Shown piece after piece: positions 53,550-62,949 of a DNA stretch of 64,000 bases. Under the pieces are notes generated by a model. It searched no databases. It was not told where the DNA came from and saw only the letters and a program-made list of their open reading frames with translations. Made by a program: the position numbers and the translations under genes. Source of the stretch: Microthrixaceae bacterium (GTDB lineage: Bacteria; Actinomycetota; Acidimicrobiia; Acidimicrobiales; Acidimicrobilacustridaceae); the NCBI GenBank assembly GCA_947455015.1, contig CANGMY010000001.1, positions 432-64,431 of the forward strand. The letters run 5' to 3'. Each line of letters begins with the position of its first letter. Positions within the stretch are counted from its first letter, which is position 1.

Positions 53550-54608
53550 TCAAGCGCTGCGGAGGGATGCGACCGACGAAGCAGTCGCCATTTCGAGCGC
53601 CAGTTCCGCCAACTCGGCGATGGTGTTCTCGGTCCCTGTGGTGTCCTCGCCAGGCCGCGTTGCTTTGATGCGAGCCAATGCGCCTTCAGTGATGATCGCA
53701 AGCTTGAAGACTGCGAGTACTCGGTAGACATCGATGTCTCGGATCGAGCGACCGCTCGTGGCCTCGTAGCGGGCCAGCAGATGCTCGCCGGAGGGAAAGC
53801 CCGGATTGAGGCGGTGCGGTTGTGGAGAGCGACTGCGCCACATGAGCGCGCCGGCCTCGCCCCAATAGACGCTGACCATGCCGAGGTCAGTGAGGGGGTC
53901 GCCGAGAGTTGACATCTCCCAGTCGAGGACCGCCACCATTTTCGTTGGATCGGTGCGACTCCACATGGTGTTGTTGAAGGAATAGTCGCCGTGAACGATT
54001 GATGCGTCGGTGTGTGCAGGGATCGAACGCTTGAGCCGTGCGGCAACCGCGTCAACGGCGGGAAGATCGCGCTGTTTCGACTTCTCCCACTGTGTGCACC
54101 AGCGATTCACTTGCCGTTCGAGGAAGCCCGTCGGCTTACCAAGTTGTCCAAGTCCAACCGCTTCGAAATCGACTGCGTGTAAGCGAGCGAGAACATCGAT
54201 GAGTTCATTGCTTGCTGCGAGTGCCTGGGATTCGTTGAGGTGAGCGACTTGTTCGGTATCGGAATAGACGATGCCGTCAACGAAGTCCATCAAATAGAAC
54301 GGCACACCGATGACTGAATCGTCCTCGCACATTGCGACAGTTCGTGGAACAGGTACTTCGGTGTTTTGAAGCCCGGTTTGGACGCGGTATTCGCGCCCCA
54401 TGTCGTTCGCTGTCGCGAGGAAGGCTCCAACGGGTGGGCGACGTAGTACCCAATCGTTGGCGTCGTCTTGAACGCGGAAGGTGAGGTTCGAAGATCCTCC
54501 GGACAGATGCGAAACCGTGATCGGTCCGCTCGCGGTGGAAACGTTGTCGCCAATCCACCTGCTGAGCGACTCAACCGGAACGGCCTCGGCGACCTGTTCG
54601 GGGTTCAT
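53550..54608 (-). CDS. APH-family phosphotransferase (ACAD10/11 N-terminal-like)
   Basis: GGSSNLTF, VLRRPP, HGDYSFNN, VLDWEMSTLGDPLTDLG. Confidence 0.9.
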   Translation of the reverse strand: MNPEQVAEAVPVESLSRWIGDNVSTASGPITVSHLSGGSSNLTFRVQDDANDWVLRRPPVGAFLATANDMGREYRVQTGLQNTEVPVPRTVAMCEDDSVIGVPFYLMDFVDGIVYSDTEQVAHLNESQALAASNELIDVLARLHAVDFEAVGLGQLGKPTGFLERQVNRWCTQWEKSKQRDLPAVDAVAARLKRSIPAHTDASIVHGDYSFNNTMWSRTDPTKMVAVLDWEMSTLGDPLTDLGMVSVYWGEAGALMWRSRSPQPHRLNPGFPSGEHLLARYEATSGRSIRDIDVYRVLAVFKLAIITEGALARIKATRPGEDTTGTENTIAELAELALEMATASSVASLRSA

Positions 54609-55816
54609 GCGATGGGGGCCGACGCAACGATGGGATCGGGGTTATCGACTACGCAGCGGCTGCCGCTGTAGATCGACACCATGCACTTGTTGCAATGGAT
54701 GCAGTTGCCTTCAGTCTGCGTGCCGTCCTGCATTCGCTTGATGAGGTCTGGTTCACGCAACACGGCGCGGCCCATTGCGACAAAGTCGAAGCCATCGGCC
54801 ATTGCTTGTTGCACCGTTGCGAGGTTATTGATGCCGCCGAGGAAGATGAGCGGCATATCGAGTGCAGCGCGCACGTCGAGAGCCATCGGTCGGAAGTACG
54901 CCTCTTCGAAGGGGTACGACGGCATGAACTTTTTACCGAAGAGTTTGAAGCCGAGTGCCATCGGGAACGGAAGCACCTTGGCGAACTCTTCGCGAGGAGC
55001 ATCGCCCTTGAAGAGGTAGATCGGGTTGGCGAGCGAGGAACCGCCGGTCATCTCGAGTGCATTCAGGTGTCCGTCGTCCTGCAGCAACTTGGCGAACGCG
55101 GTGCTCTCGGGAGGCCTGAATCCACCGGGCACGCCATCGTTGAGGCTGATCTTGGCGGTGACGGCCATGTGTGCGGGTGCGGCGTCACGGACAGCCGCAA
55201 TCACCTCACGGGCGAACCTGGCGCGATTTTCGAGCGAGCCGTTCCACTCGTCCTTGCGCTTGTTGAACTTAGGACTAAGGAACGACGACAACAGATAGTT
55301 GTGGGCGAGATGGATCTCGATGGAATCGAATCCAGCCTCGACCATGAGCTGCGTGCCGTTGGCGTAATCGTTGATCACTCGATCGATCTGGGTTGGCGTG
55401 ATCGCACGAGTGATCTTGCCGTTGATCGGGTTCATCATCCTGCTGGCGGAAAGCGACGGAACGCCGTTCTTCTTCGCATTCGCTACCGGTCCAGCGTGAC
55501 CAATCTGGCCAGCAACCAACGCCCCCTCATCGTGCATTGTGTCGACGAACTTCTTCAGGCCTGGAACTGCAGCCGGTCGGAGCCACATGCATCCGTCGTC
55601 GGTGCGGCCCTCGGGGGCAACAGCCAAGTACGCAAGCGTCGTCATGGCGACACCACCGCGCACGGGGCGCAGGTGGTAGTCGATGAGCTCTTGGGTAACG
55701 AGGCCGCCCGGTGTTACGCCTTCAAACGTTGCGGCTTTGATGAAGCGATTCTTCAGCGTGAGCGGCCCGAGAGTCGCTGGCGCGAACGGATCAGGAGTTC
55801 CCGCCACGTTGCTCAC
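54605..55816 (-). CDS. NADH:flavin oxidoreductase (old yellow enzyme family)
   Basis: LKNRFIKAATFEG, QIGHAG, EIHLAHNYLLSSFLSP, GSLENRARF, C-terminal CIHCNKC...C. Confidence 0.9.
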   Translation of the reverse strand: MSNVAGTPDPFAPATLGPLTLKNRFIKAATFEGVTPGGLVTQELIDYHLRPVRGGVAMTTLAYLAVAPEGRTDDGCMWLRPAAVPGLKKFVDTMHDEGALVAGQIGHAGPVANAKKNGVPSLSASRMMNPINGKITRAITPTQIDRVINDYANGTQLMVEAGFDSIEIHLAHNYLLSSFLSPKFNKRKDEWNGSLENRARFAREVIAAVRDAAPAHMAVTAKISLNDGVPGGFRPPESTAFAKLLQDDGHLNALEMTGGSSLANPIYLFKGDAPREEFAKVLPFPMALGFKLFGKKFMPSYPFEEAYFRPMALDVRAALDMPLIFLGGINNLATVQQAMADGFDFVAMGRAVLREPDLIKRMQDGTQTEGNCIHCNKCMVSIYSGSRCVVDNPDPIVASAPIA

Positions 55817-56637
55817 CACAATTCGTTGACGTAGGTGTCCGTTCCGACAACGGTGCGGAAGAACGGTGCAACAAGGTGCACATCAGCAAGACCGGCAGCG
55901 GTGACGGCGTCGGTGTAGGTCTTCATGCGATCGAGCGACTTTGTGACATCGCCACGAACGAAGATGACCTGAACGAGACGCTCGGGGCCGCCTGCTGGTG
56001 TTCCGAGATCCATCGGCTGATCGGCTGCTGGAGTTGCAACTGGCTGCCATGACGAAACGATTTCGATATCGGAACCATTCATGAGTTCGGCGTACGCGCC
56101 GGACTTCTCGAGTTCGGCGTGAACGCTCTTTGCGCTGTTGCCTTCGCGTGCATCGAAGAACACCGTGAAGATGCCGTCGTACGCGCTGTCGAGCGCAACA
56201 TCGACGGGTACGCCGTCAGCATCGCGGTTTGCTGCACCGATGTAGTCGAACAGATTGGTGTGAGTGTGCTTGCGCTCGGGGAAGCCGCGGTTGTTGGTGT
56301 AGAGCCACGTGACGCGTTCGGTGCTCCAGTTGTTCCAGTCGTCGTGGTGTCCACCCTCGATCCAGTAGATCGCGACATAGGAACCTGAATCGGTGGGGTT
56401 GGCAACGGCGGTGTCACCTTCGGGCCAACGAAGGTCTTTGAGGCTGCGCGGTGCGACCCAACGCGAGCCCGACATCTGATGTGGCGCCACCATGCAGCCT
56501 GCGTAGAAATGATCTCGCTCGTACCAACGGTTGTAGGCAGACTCGAAACCAGGGTTGGGGTCAACCATGGTGAGAAGCATCGATCCGACCTTCATCGGGT
56601 AGTCGTTAAGGCCGCCAACATCGAGTGGATATCCCAT
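55813..56637 (-). CDS. Hypothetical protein, probable EthD-like dimeric alpha+beta barrel
   Basis: AYNRWYERDHF motif, YVAIYW; GAAGGA SD; GTGA overlap with the OYE gene. Confidence 0.7.
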   Translation of the reverse strand: MGYPLDVGGLNDYPMKVGSMLLTMVDPNPGFESAYNRWYERDHFYAGCMVAPHQMSGSRWVAPRSLKDLRWPEGDTAVANPTDSGSYVAIYWIEGGHHDDWNNWSTERVTWLYTNNRGFPERKHTHTNLFDYIGAANRDADGVPVDVALDSAYDGIFTVFFDAREGNSAKSVHAELEKSGAYAELMNGSDIEIVSSWQPVATPAADQPMDLGTPAGGPERLVQVIFVRGDVTKSLDRMKTYTDAVTAAGLADVHLVAPFFRTVVGTDTYVNELW

Positions 56638-56721
56638 GAGTTCCTTCACTTTCGAACGCGGGCGAATCGCCCCCCTGTGGGGATCGAAACTAGCCGTTCG
56701 GGATCGACGGGAATGCGGCGA

Positions 56722-57540
56722 TCAGCGCCCGGCGGAACCCACGACAGAGACCCGGTACATCAAACGGCGACCGGGGAAATCGTTCAGGACTCGGTGCATT
56801 GTGGATCGGTTGTCCCACATGAGGAGGTCGCCTTCTCGCCAATGGTGGCGATAGGTGAAGTGCTCCTTGATTGAATGCTGAAAGAGAAATGCGAGGATCG
56901 CATCGCTTTCGTCGGGAGGGAGGCCGACGATGTGGCGTGTGTAGGTTGGGTTGACAAACAGACCCTTGGCGCCAGTTTCCGGATGCACCCGCACTACGGG
57001 GTGAGCGGTGCGTCGGTCTTGGGCGATTGCATCGGCATAGTGCTGCGGCGAAGCTCCGCCAAAGCGGTAGCGAAGCTCAGTTGTCCGGCTCAGATCGTGA
57101 AGTGCGGTGAGGCCCTCGAGATAGAGCTTCATGTTCGGTGACAGCGCGTCGTATGCGGCAGTCGTCGAGGCAAACATCGTGTCGCCTCCCACATCGGGAA
57201 GCGTCTTGGCGTGCGTGAGGGTTCCCATTGGGGGATGGGGAAGGAAGGTTTCATCGGTGTGCCACATCGATGCGGTGTTGCCTTCTTCGGAGTCAAGAAC
57301 GCTTACCTGTTCAAGACCCGGCCCAAGGTTGGGGAAGAACGCGTGGATTTCGATCTCGCCAATTCGGCGTCCGAGTGCCATGTGCTGTTCGGGGGTGAGG
57401 TCAGGAGCGGGGATGACCAAGACCTGGTTCTCGACGAGCGCTTCGTGCACAGCGTTGAGGGTCTCGTCATCGAAATCGCTGCTGAGATCGAGTCCGGTGA
57501 TCTCCGCTCCAAGGGCGGGAGTAAGCCGACGAATCTGCAT
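56722..57540 (-). CDS. TauD/TfdA Fe(II)/2-oxoglutarate dioxygenase
   Basis: LGAEITGLDL, WHTD, GGDTMF, HPVVRVHPETG, WDNRSTMH, terminal Arg. Confidence 0.93.
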   Translation of the reverse strand: MQIRRLTPALGAEITGLDLSSDFDDETLNAVHEALVENQVLVIPAPDLTPEQHMALGRRIGEIEIHAFFPNLGPGLEQVSVLDSEEGNTASMWHTDETFLPHPPMGTLTHAKTLPDVGGDTMFASTTAAYDALSPNMKLYLEGLTALHDLSRTTELRYRFGGASPQHYADAIAQDRRTAHPVVRVHPETGAKGLFVNPTYTRHIVGLPPDESDAILAFLFQHSIKEHFTYRHHWREGDLLMWDNRSTMHRVLNDFPGRRLMYRVSVVGSAGR

Positions 57541-57628
57541 GGGTTGATGTTGACACTTTTCCTGACCACTCGTAGGTTCGCTGGACCGGCCGCCGGGTGG
57601 CGGCCCTGCATCTTGGGGGCATCGTTCA

Positions 57629-58432
57629 ATGACCAATCTCTTTAGCTACGCAGGCAAGCGCGTTGTTCTGACTGGCGGTGCCACGGGCATCGGCGCTGCA
57701 CTCGCTGAACTTCTTGATGAGCTCGGCGTGGAGCATCTGACCATTCTCGACATCAAGGCGCCATCGGGTCGTTGCGACACCTTCATCGAAACGAACCTCG
57801 CTGATCCCGCATCGATCGATGCGGCAATCGCCCAGATCGAAGGTCCGATCGACGTGTTGTTCTCGAACGCAGGCGTGGCAGCAAACGCTGGGGTCCGAAC
57901 CTGCATGGCGGTCAACGTCGCAGCTTCTCGCCGCCTCACCGATGGCCTGATCGATCGCATCACCAAGGGTGGAACCATCGTCTACACGGCGTCGATGGCT
58001 GGCAACGGTTGGCCCGCTCAGGTTGCTGAAATTACCGAACTTCTTGAAATTGCCGACTGGGATGCATTCCTCGATTGGTGCGAGGCGCATCCCGAGGTCG
58101 TGAACGATGTGTACGCCTTTTCGAAGATGTGCATGCAGGTCTATGTGATGCGTCGTTCGTATTCATCAATTCGAAATGGCATTCGCATCAACAGCATTTG
58201 TCCCGCTCCCGTCGATACGCCTCTCATGGCCGACTTCAAAGTTTCAATGGGCGAAGACGCAATCAATTGGGCTGTTGGCGTTCAGGGCAATGGCCGCATG
58301 GCCGTCGCAACGGACATCGCTCCGTCACTTGCATTCATGGGTAGCGATGCCGCTGCATTCATCAACGGAGAGAATCTGCACGTTGATAGCGGTCTGAGCT
58401 CAGCGATGGTCACTGGTCTGGCATTCAGCTGA
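57629..58432 (+). CDS. SDR (coniferyl-alcohol/3-alpha-hydroxysteroid dehydrogenase-like)
   Basis: YAGKRVVLTGGATGIG, SNAG, ASMAG, YAFSK, PVDTPL. Confidence 0.85.
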   Translation: MTNLFSYAGKRVVLTGGATGIGAALAELLDELGVEHLTILDIKAPSGRCDTFIETNLADPASIDAAIAQIEGPIDVLFSNAGVAANAGVRTCMAVNVAASRRLTDGLIDRITKGGTIVYTASMAGNGWPAQVAEITELLEIADWDAFLDWCEAHPEVVNDVYAFSKMCMQVYVMRRSYSSIRNGIRINSICPAPVDTPLMADFKVSMGEDAINWAVGVQGNGRMAVATDIAPSLAFMGSDAAAFINGENLHVDSGLSSAMVTGLAFS

Positions 58433-58437
58433 TCGCC

Positions 58438-59385
58438 ATGCATCCTGACGACGAGTTTCATCCGCCGACATCTGATGATCCCGAATGGACCGAAACCTGT
58501 TGGTTCACTTTCGCCGTTCCAGAGCGGAACCTTTCCGGACAGTTGTACCCGTATTTCAAGACCAATCAGGGTGTCGCTGCTGGTGGCGCGTTTTTCTGGG
58601 ACGGCCGCAACGAACGGCCCGAAACCTGTGTGTACGCCAAGCAGTTCTGGCACCTTCCGCTTGTTGATCAGAAACTGACTGACCTCACGCTGGCCAATGG
58701 CATTCGTTATGAGTGTCTTGAGCCGCAAAAGAAGTGGCGTGTTCGTTACGACGATCCCGACGGCGGCGACGAGATCCACGTCGACCTCATCGTCACTGGC
58801 ATCGTTGCCCCGAACATGCTTGGTGAATCGCATGTCGATCAGCCCTGCCGCTATCAGGGCACGATCGTTCTGCACGGCGAAACAATTGATGTCGATGCAT
58901 ATGGATTTCGTGATCGTTCGTGGGGGCCTCGGCCGCAGTTCGGCCAGGGCATCCACGGGGGAGCGACGATGCGTGGTGGTTATAGCTACGCCACTGCATC
59001 TGACACGCACGCGTTCCATGCGATCACCATGGACTTCGGCACGGGTGCAATCGCAATTCACGGTTCGTACATGCGAGACGGTGAGTGGGCGAAGTTGAAA
59101 AGTGGCGAGCGTCGGGTCATCGAACGCGATGGTGAAGGCTTTCCGCTGGTCGTGGAACTCGATGGATTCGACGAACTCGGTCGTGAATTCAACGCTCGCG
59201 GCGAAACCACCAACTCACTTGGGTTCCTCATCAACCCGAATCTCTACACAATCAATTGCCTGACTCGTTGGTCTTTCGATGGGATCACGACGTGGGGCGA
59301 AGACCACGACAACCATTCATTCCCCGATGCGCGTCGGTTGTTCCGTGAGGCGCGAGGTCAGTCGCTTTGGAGCCAAGCTCAATGA
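58438..59385 (+). CDS. Hypothetical beta-rich protein with two-barrel pattern
   Basis: DDEFHP...WTETCWF, HVDQ, GFRDRSWGPR motifs; aromatic-rich. Confidence 0.75.
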   Translation: MHPDDEFHPPTSDDPEWTETCWFTFAVPERNLSGQLYPYFKTNQGVAAGGAFFWDGRNERPETCVYAKQFWHLPLVDQKLTDLTLANGIRYECLEPQKKWRVRYDDPDGGDEIHVDLIVTGIVAPNMLGESHVDQPCRYQGTIVLHGETIDVDAYGFRDRSWGPRPQFGQGIHGGATMRGGYSYATASDTHAFHAITMDFGTGAIAIHGSYMRDGEWAKLKSGERRVIERDGEGFPLVVELDGFDELGREFNARGETTNSLGFLINPNLYTINCLTRWSFDGITTWGEDHDNHSFPDARRLFREARGQSLWSQAQ

Positions 59386-60215
59386 GTAACGAAGCAAGAA
59401 CTGCGCTCGTCACGGGTGCCAGCCGCGGAATTGGCCGGGCTACTGCGATCGCCTTGGCCGAAGCCGGGTTCGATGTCGCTATTACCGCTCGAACGGTCGT
59501 AGACGGCGATCCGTCGGCATTCACTGATGACGGCAAGGTCCTTCCTGGCAGTTTGGCGTCGACCGCGGCAGAAATTGAAGCGCGTGGTCAACGCGCCGTG
59601 CAGGTCCCGCTTGATCTTCTCGATCGTGATGCGCTTGTGCCTGCAGTTGAATCGGCGATCGCGGGACTCGGTCATCTTGACGTCGTCGTGAACAACGCCA
59701 TCTATGTCACCGGTGGTGGTCCGAAGTATTTCCTCGACACCGATCCCGATGATCTCGTCAATCAAATGTGGGGTGATCTCACGGCGCAGTTGTTGTTGCT
59801 GCAGCCACAGGTCGCGCACATGGTGTCTCGTGGTGGTGGCGTTGTCATCAATATCGGTTCGGGTTCTGGGAAGTGGAAGTTGAAGTTCCCTATCGGTCAG
59901 GGTGGTCCCCAGTTGGCCTACTGCGCTGCAAAGGCAGGGTTTCATCGCTCCGCTGATCGCCTGGCATTCGAATACGGCGATCAGGGAATTATTGCGTTCA
60001 CGGTTGACCCGGGCTTTGTAGCAACGGAACGAACGAAGATGGTTACCGAACTCGGAGAGATCGCTTCTCGCGGGGTTGAGCCTTCTGTCGTGGGCGCTGC
60101 GATTACATGGCTGGCGACAACAGGTGCAACGACCGAAAAGAACGGCAGCTATCACGAGGCGCAAGAGATCGCCCGCACTATTGGACTACTGCCGCCGCTT
60201 CCCGAAACCGACTAA
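59382..60215 (+). CDS. Short-chain dehydrogenase/reductase, paralog of 52233..53090
   Basis: TGASRGIG, NNA, YCAAK, VDPG; ATGA overlap with the upstream gene. Confidence 0.88.
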   Translation: MSNEARTALVTGASRGIGRATAIALAEAGFDVAITARTVVDGDPSAFTDDGKVLPGSLASTAAEIEARGQRAVQVPLDLLDRDALVPAVESAIAGLGHLDVVVNNAIYVTGGGPKYFLDTDPDDLVNQMWGDLTAQLLLLQPQVAHMVSRGGGVVINIGSGSGKWKLKFPIGQGGPQLAYCAAKAGFHRSADRLAFEYGDQGIIAFTVDPGFVATERTKMVTELGEIASRGVEPSVVGAAITWLATTGATTEKNGSYHEAQEIARTIGLLPPLPETD

Positions 60216-60230
60216 TTCGACGAGAAGGAA

Positions 60231-61196
60231 TTAGAGGTTCGGCGCAACCTGGGTGCACGTAAGTTCAACATGACGCTCGACAAGATCGTCGGGCATGCCG
60301 GCAACGCTCGCCCACAGATACACGTGCTCAACCGGCGCACCTTCTGTTGCGTCGAGGATCGCTGCAACTGCATCGGTAGGCGTGAGAACACGTAGGCCTG
60401 GGATCTGGCCTTTCTGTGCAGCACCACTGCGCAACTTGTCGACGGTGATCTCCTTCGGCGCATCGCGGCCTGTGCCCGCAACGGCAGCGGCACGATAGGA
60501 GTTCAACTGATGCGCGTAGTGCGGGAGGATTCGTTCGAAGGCAGCTTCTGGGTCATCGGCAACGATGATGTCGAGCATTCCGCCAGTGCGGGCAGTGGCG
60601 GGGTCGTGGCCGCCTTCGACAAGTCCTTCGAGGTAGGGATCAAGAAGAGCGCGGTCGAGACTGAGGAGACCAACGCCGAGACGACCAGCACGCTTTGCTC
60701 CTTGCGGCCCTTGGTAGCCGAGCCAAATGGGAAATGGATTTTGCGCCGCTGGGGGAGTGACGATTCCACCGTCAAGTAAGCGACGGATTTCTGCAACTGC
60801 GGCGTCGGTGAGCCCGTAGCGCTTCGTGATGTCAGTGTTGTAGAGCTCGTACTCGGGAACGCTGTAGCCGGCACCGATGCCGAGCTCGAGGCGGCCACCC
60901 GAGAGCTGGTCGATGACTGCGGCTTCTTCGGCAACCACTACCGCTGGTCGCAACGCGGCAACAAGGACTGCGGTGCCGATGCGAACTCGAGAGGTTCGTG
61001 CCGCGGCGGCTGCGGCAAAGGTGAGCGGCTGCGGCAGGTAGCCGTCGGCAAAGAGATGGTGTTCGGAGAACCACACCGACCCTGCGCCGAGGCGTTCGGC
61101 TTCGACGACAAGATCGAGCGCTCGCCCGTACACCTCGGGCCACGGACGGGCCCAAGGTGCAGGGTTGCGCAGATCGAAATAGAGGCCCAGCCTCAC
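60231..61196 (-). CDS. LLM class (luciferase-like) flavin-dependent oxidoreductase
   Basis: VWFSEHH, RTSRVRIGTAV, DQLSGGRLELGIGAGY. Confidence 0.92.
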   Translation of the reverse strand: MRLGLYFDLRNPAPWARPWPEVYGRALDLVVEAERLGAGSVWFSEHHLFADGYLPQPLTFAAAAAARTSRVRIGTAVLVAALRPAVVVAEEAAVIDQLSGGRLELGIGAGYSVPEYELYNTDITKRYGLTDAAVAEIRRLLDGGIVTPPAAQNPFPIWLGYQGPQGAKRAGRLGVGLLSLDRALLDPYLEGLVEGGHDPATARTGGMLDIIVADDPEAAFERILPHYAHQLNSYRAAAVAGTGRDAPKEITVDKLRSGAAQKGQIPGLRVLTPTDAVAAILDATEGAPVEHVYLWASVAGMPDDLVERHVELTCTQVAPNL

Positions 61197-62026
61197 GACA
61201 TGCGACCGACCATTGCGTCGTGACCGATTGCCGGCTCGATGAACGAGCGGAAGTCGGGACCAGAGCGCAAGTGATGGCCACCGTCCACGTTGATCGTGGT
61301 GCCGGTGATCCAGCGAGCTTCATCGCTGAGGAGGAAGGCAGCGAGGTTGGCAACATCTTCGGGTTCACCAACATCGTTGAGCGGTGTGTTGACAATGTAG
61401 GAGTCGTACACCGCGGATTCACGCGGAATGCCTTCCATGATTTCGGTGGAGATGAAACCAGGGCGAATGGCGTTGAAGCGAACCTTGGTCTCGCCGTACT
61501 CATTGGCGGCATTGCGCATCATTTCTTCGATGCCAGCCTTTGAGACGCAGTAGGCGCCGAACATTGGGTGTGGGATGTGGCCCGCAAGCGAGGACATGCC
61601 CACGAATGAACCGCCGCCTGCTGCGACCATGTGTGCGGCGGAGTACTTCACCGACAACATCGTGCCAAGCACGTTGAGATGAAGCACGCGCAGGAACTCT
61701 TCGGTGTCGAGCAAGTGATACGGGCCCATACCGCCGCCACCACCGGCGTTTGCGACGAAGCCGTTAAGACCGCCGAACGCGCCGACGTGGTTTGCAACGA
61801 GTGCAGCGACATCGGATTCAACAGTGACGTCGGTGACCTGGTGACGGATCTGACCCGAGGCTCCGCCGGCTTTGATGCGATCGACAACCTCGGTGAGTTT
61901 GCTTTCGGTGCGGCCGCAGATGGTGACGTTCATGCCGTCTTGGGCGAGACGCGTGGCGCACGCCGCGCCGATGCCGGTGCCACCACCGGTGACGATTGCT
62001 GAGCGGCCTGCAAGTGATGACGACAT
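61193..62026 (-). CDS. Short-chain dehydrogenase/reductase
   Basis: TGGGTGIG, ANAG, YCVSK, RFNAIRPG, NVDGG; GGAGGA SD before ATG 62026. Confidence 0.9.
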   Translation of the reverse strand: MSSSLAGRSAIVTGGGTGIGAACATRLAQDGMNVTICGRTESKLTEVVDRIKAGGASGQIRHQVTDVTVESDVAALVANHVGAFGGLNGFVANAGGGGGMGPYHLLDTEEFLRVLHLNVLGTMLSVKYSAAHMVAAGGGSFVGMSSLAGHIPHPMFGAYCVSKAGIEEMMRNAANEYGETKVRFNAIRPGFISTEIMEGIPRESAVYDSYIVNTPLNDVGEPEDVANLAAFLLSDEARWITGTTINVDGGHHLRSGPDFRSFIEPAIGHDAMVGRMS

Positions 62027-62127
62027 TGGATCCTCCGGGAAGGTTGAGAGTGGCTTCACGCTACTACCTACCCAAATTGCACTTCTTCCAACTCACGGAG
62101 GGATGTGGTGAAGTCCGAGCCAAGCGG

Positions 62128-62949
62128 TTAGGCGAGAGCGGACCCGTCAAGATTGCGAACTTCAAGCCCAAACTCGTCGATGTTGTCGAGGCTGACTGTG
62201 ACGCGCCCGGTGACGTCGGGGCCGCAATCGCAAAGGATGAGTGTGCCCTCAACCGTCGCTTCCATCGACTCGATTTGATCGGGACGCAAGCGGTCGCCCA
62301 CGAGCGCAGCGGCACCTTCGGAAAGCACTGCGGCGCGCGGTTCGACGGTGTTGACGCGCACGCCGGTGCCGTACAACTCCATGGCGAGCCCGTTCGTAAT
62401 GCGATTGAGCGCAGCCTTCGACGCTCCATAGGCAGAAATATTGGGCGAGGTCGGCTCGATGGGGTCGCCAGGCCCACCCCAATGTTTGGCACTGCCACTG
62501 GACAGATTCACGATCCATCCTTCGCCGGCGGCGACCATTGCGGGAGCGGCAGCGAGGGCGAGATCAAGAGGCGCATTTGCGTTGACCTCAAACATGATGT
62601 TGCGACGTTTGACCGAGAAACCAGTGAGGGGTGCCTGGATTGATGCCGCAGCGTTATTCACGAGGATCTCGATGTGACCGCCGAGCGCTTCGGTTGCTTC
62701 GGGGATGACGCGAAGTCGATCAACTGGATCGGTGAGGTCGGCAACAACAACTTCGATCTGGGTGCCATATCGAGCAAGTCGTTCACGGGTTGCGTTGAGA
62801 CTGCCTTCAAGGGTTTCGTGCTGATCGAGCGTGCGCGCGGTCAGGACGATGTTTGCTCCCTCGGCGGCAAACCGTTCGGCGAGTGCCGCACCGATTCCTC
62901 GGCTCGAACCGGTAACGACAACGCGACGTCCGGCGAAGCGACCAGTCAT
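62128..62949 (-). CDS. Short-chain dehydrogenase/reductase
   Basis: TGSSRGIG, NNAA, YGASK; TGATG coupling to the upstream DegT-family gene. Confidence 0.9.
   Translation of the reverse strand: MTGRFAGRRVVVTGSSRGIGAALAERFAAEGANIVLTARTLDQHETLEGSLNATRERLARYGTQIEVVVADLTDPVDRLRVIPEATEALGGHIEILVNNAAASIQAPLTGFSVKRRNIMFEVNANAPLDLALAAAPAMVAAGEGWIVNLSSGSAKHWGGPGDPIEPTSPNISAYGASKAALNRITNGLAMELYGTGVRVNTVEPRAAVLSEGAAALVGDRLRPDQIESMEATVEGTLILCDCGPDVTGRVTVSLDNIDEFGLEVRNLDGSALA

Noticed and set aside
54695-55834. Long antisense ORFs (also 34371..35465, 47580..48671, 50885..52075, 52098..53147, 52934..54055, 19963..20859)
   Set aside because: They shadow well-supported genes on the opposite strand, have no motifs, and are expected from GC-rich codon bias.
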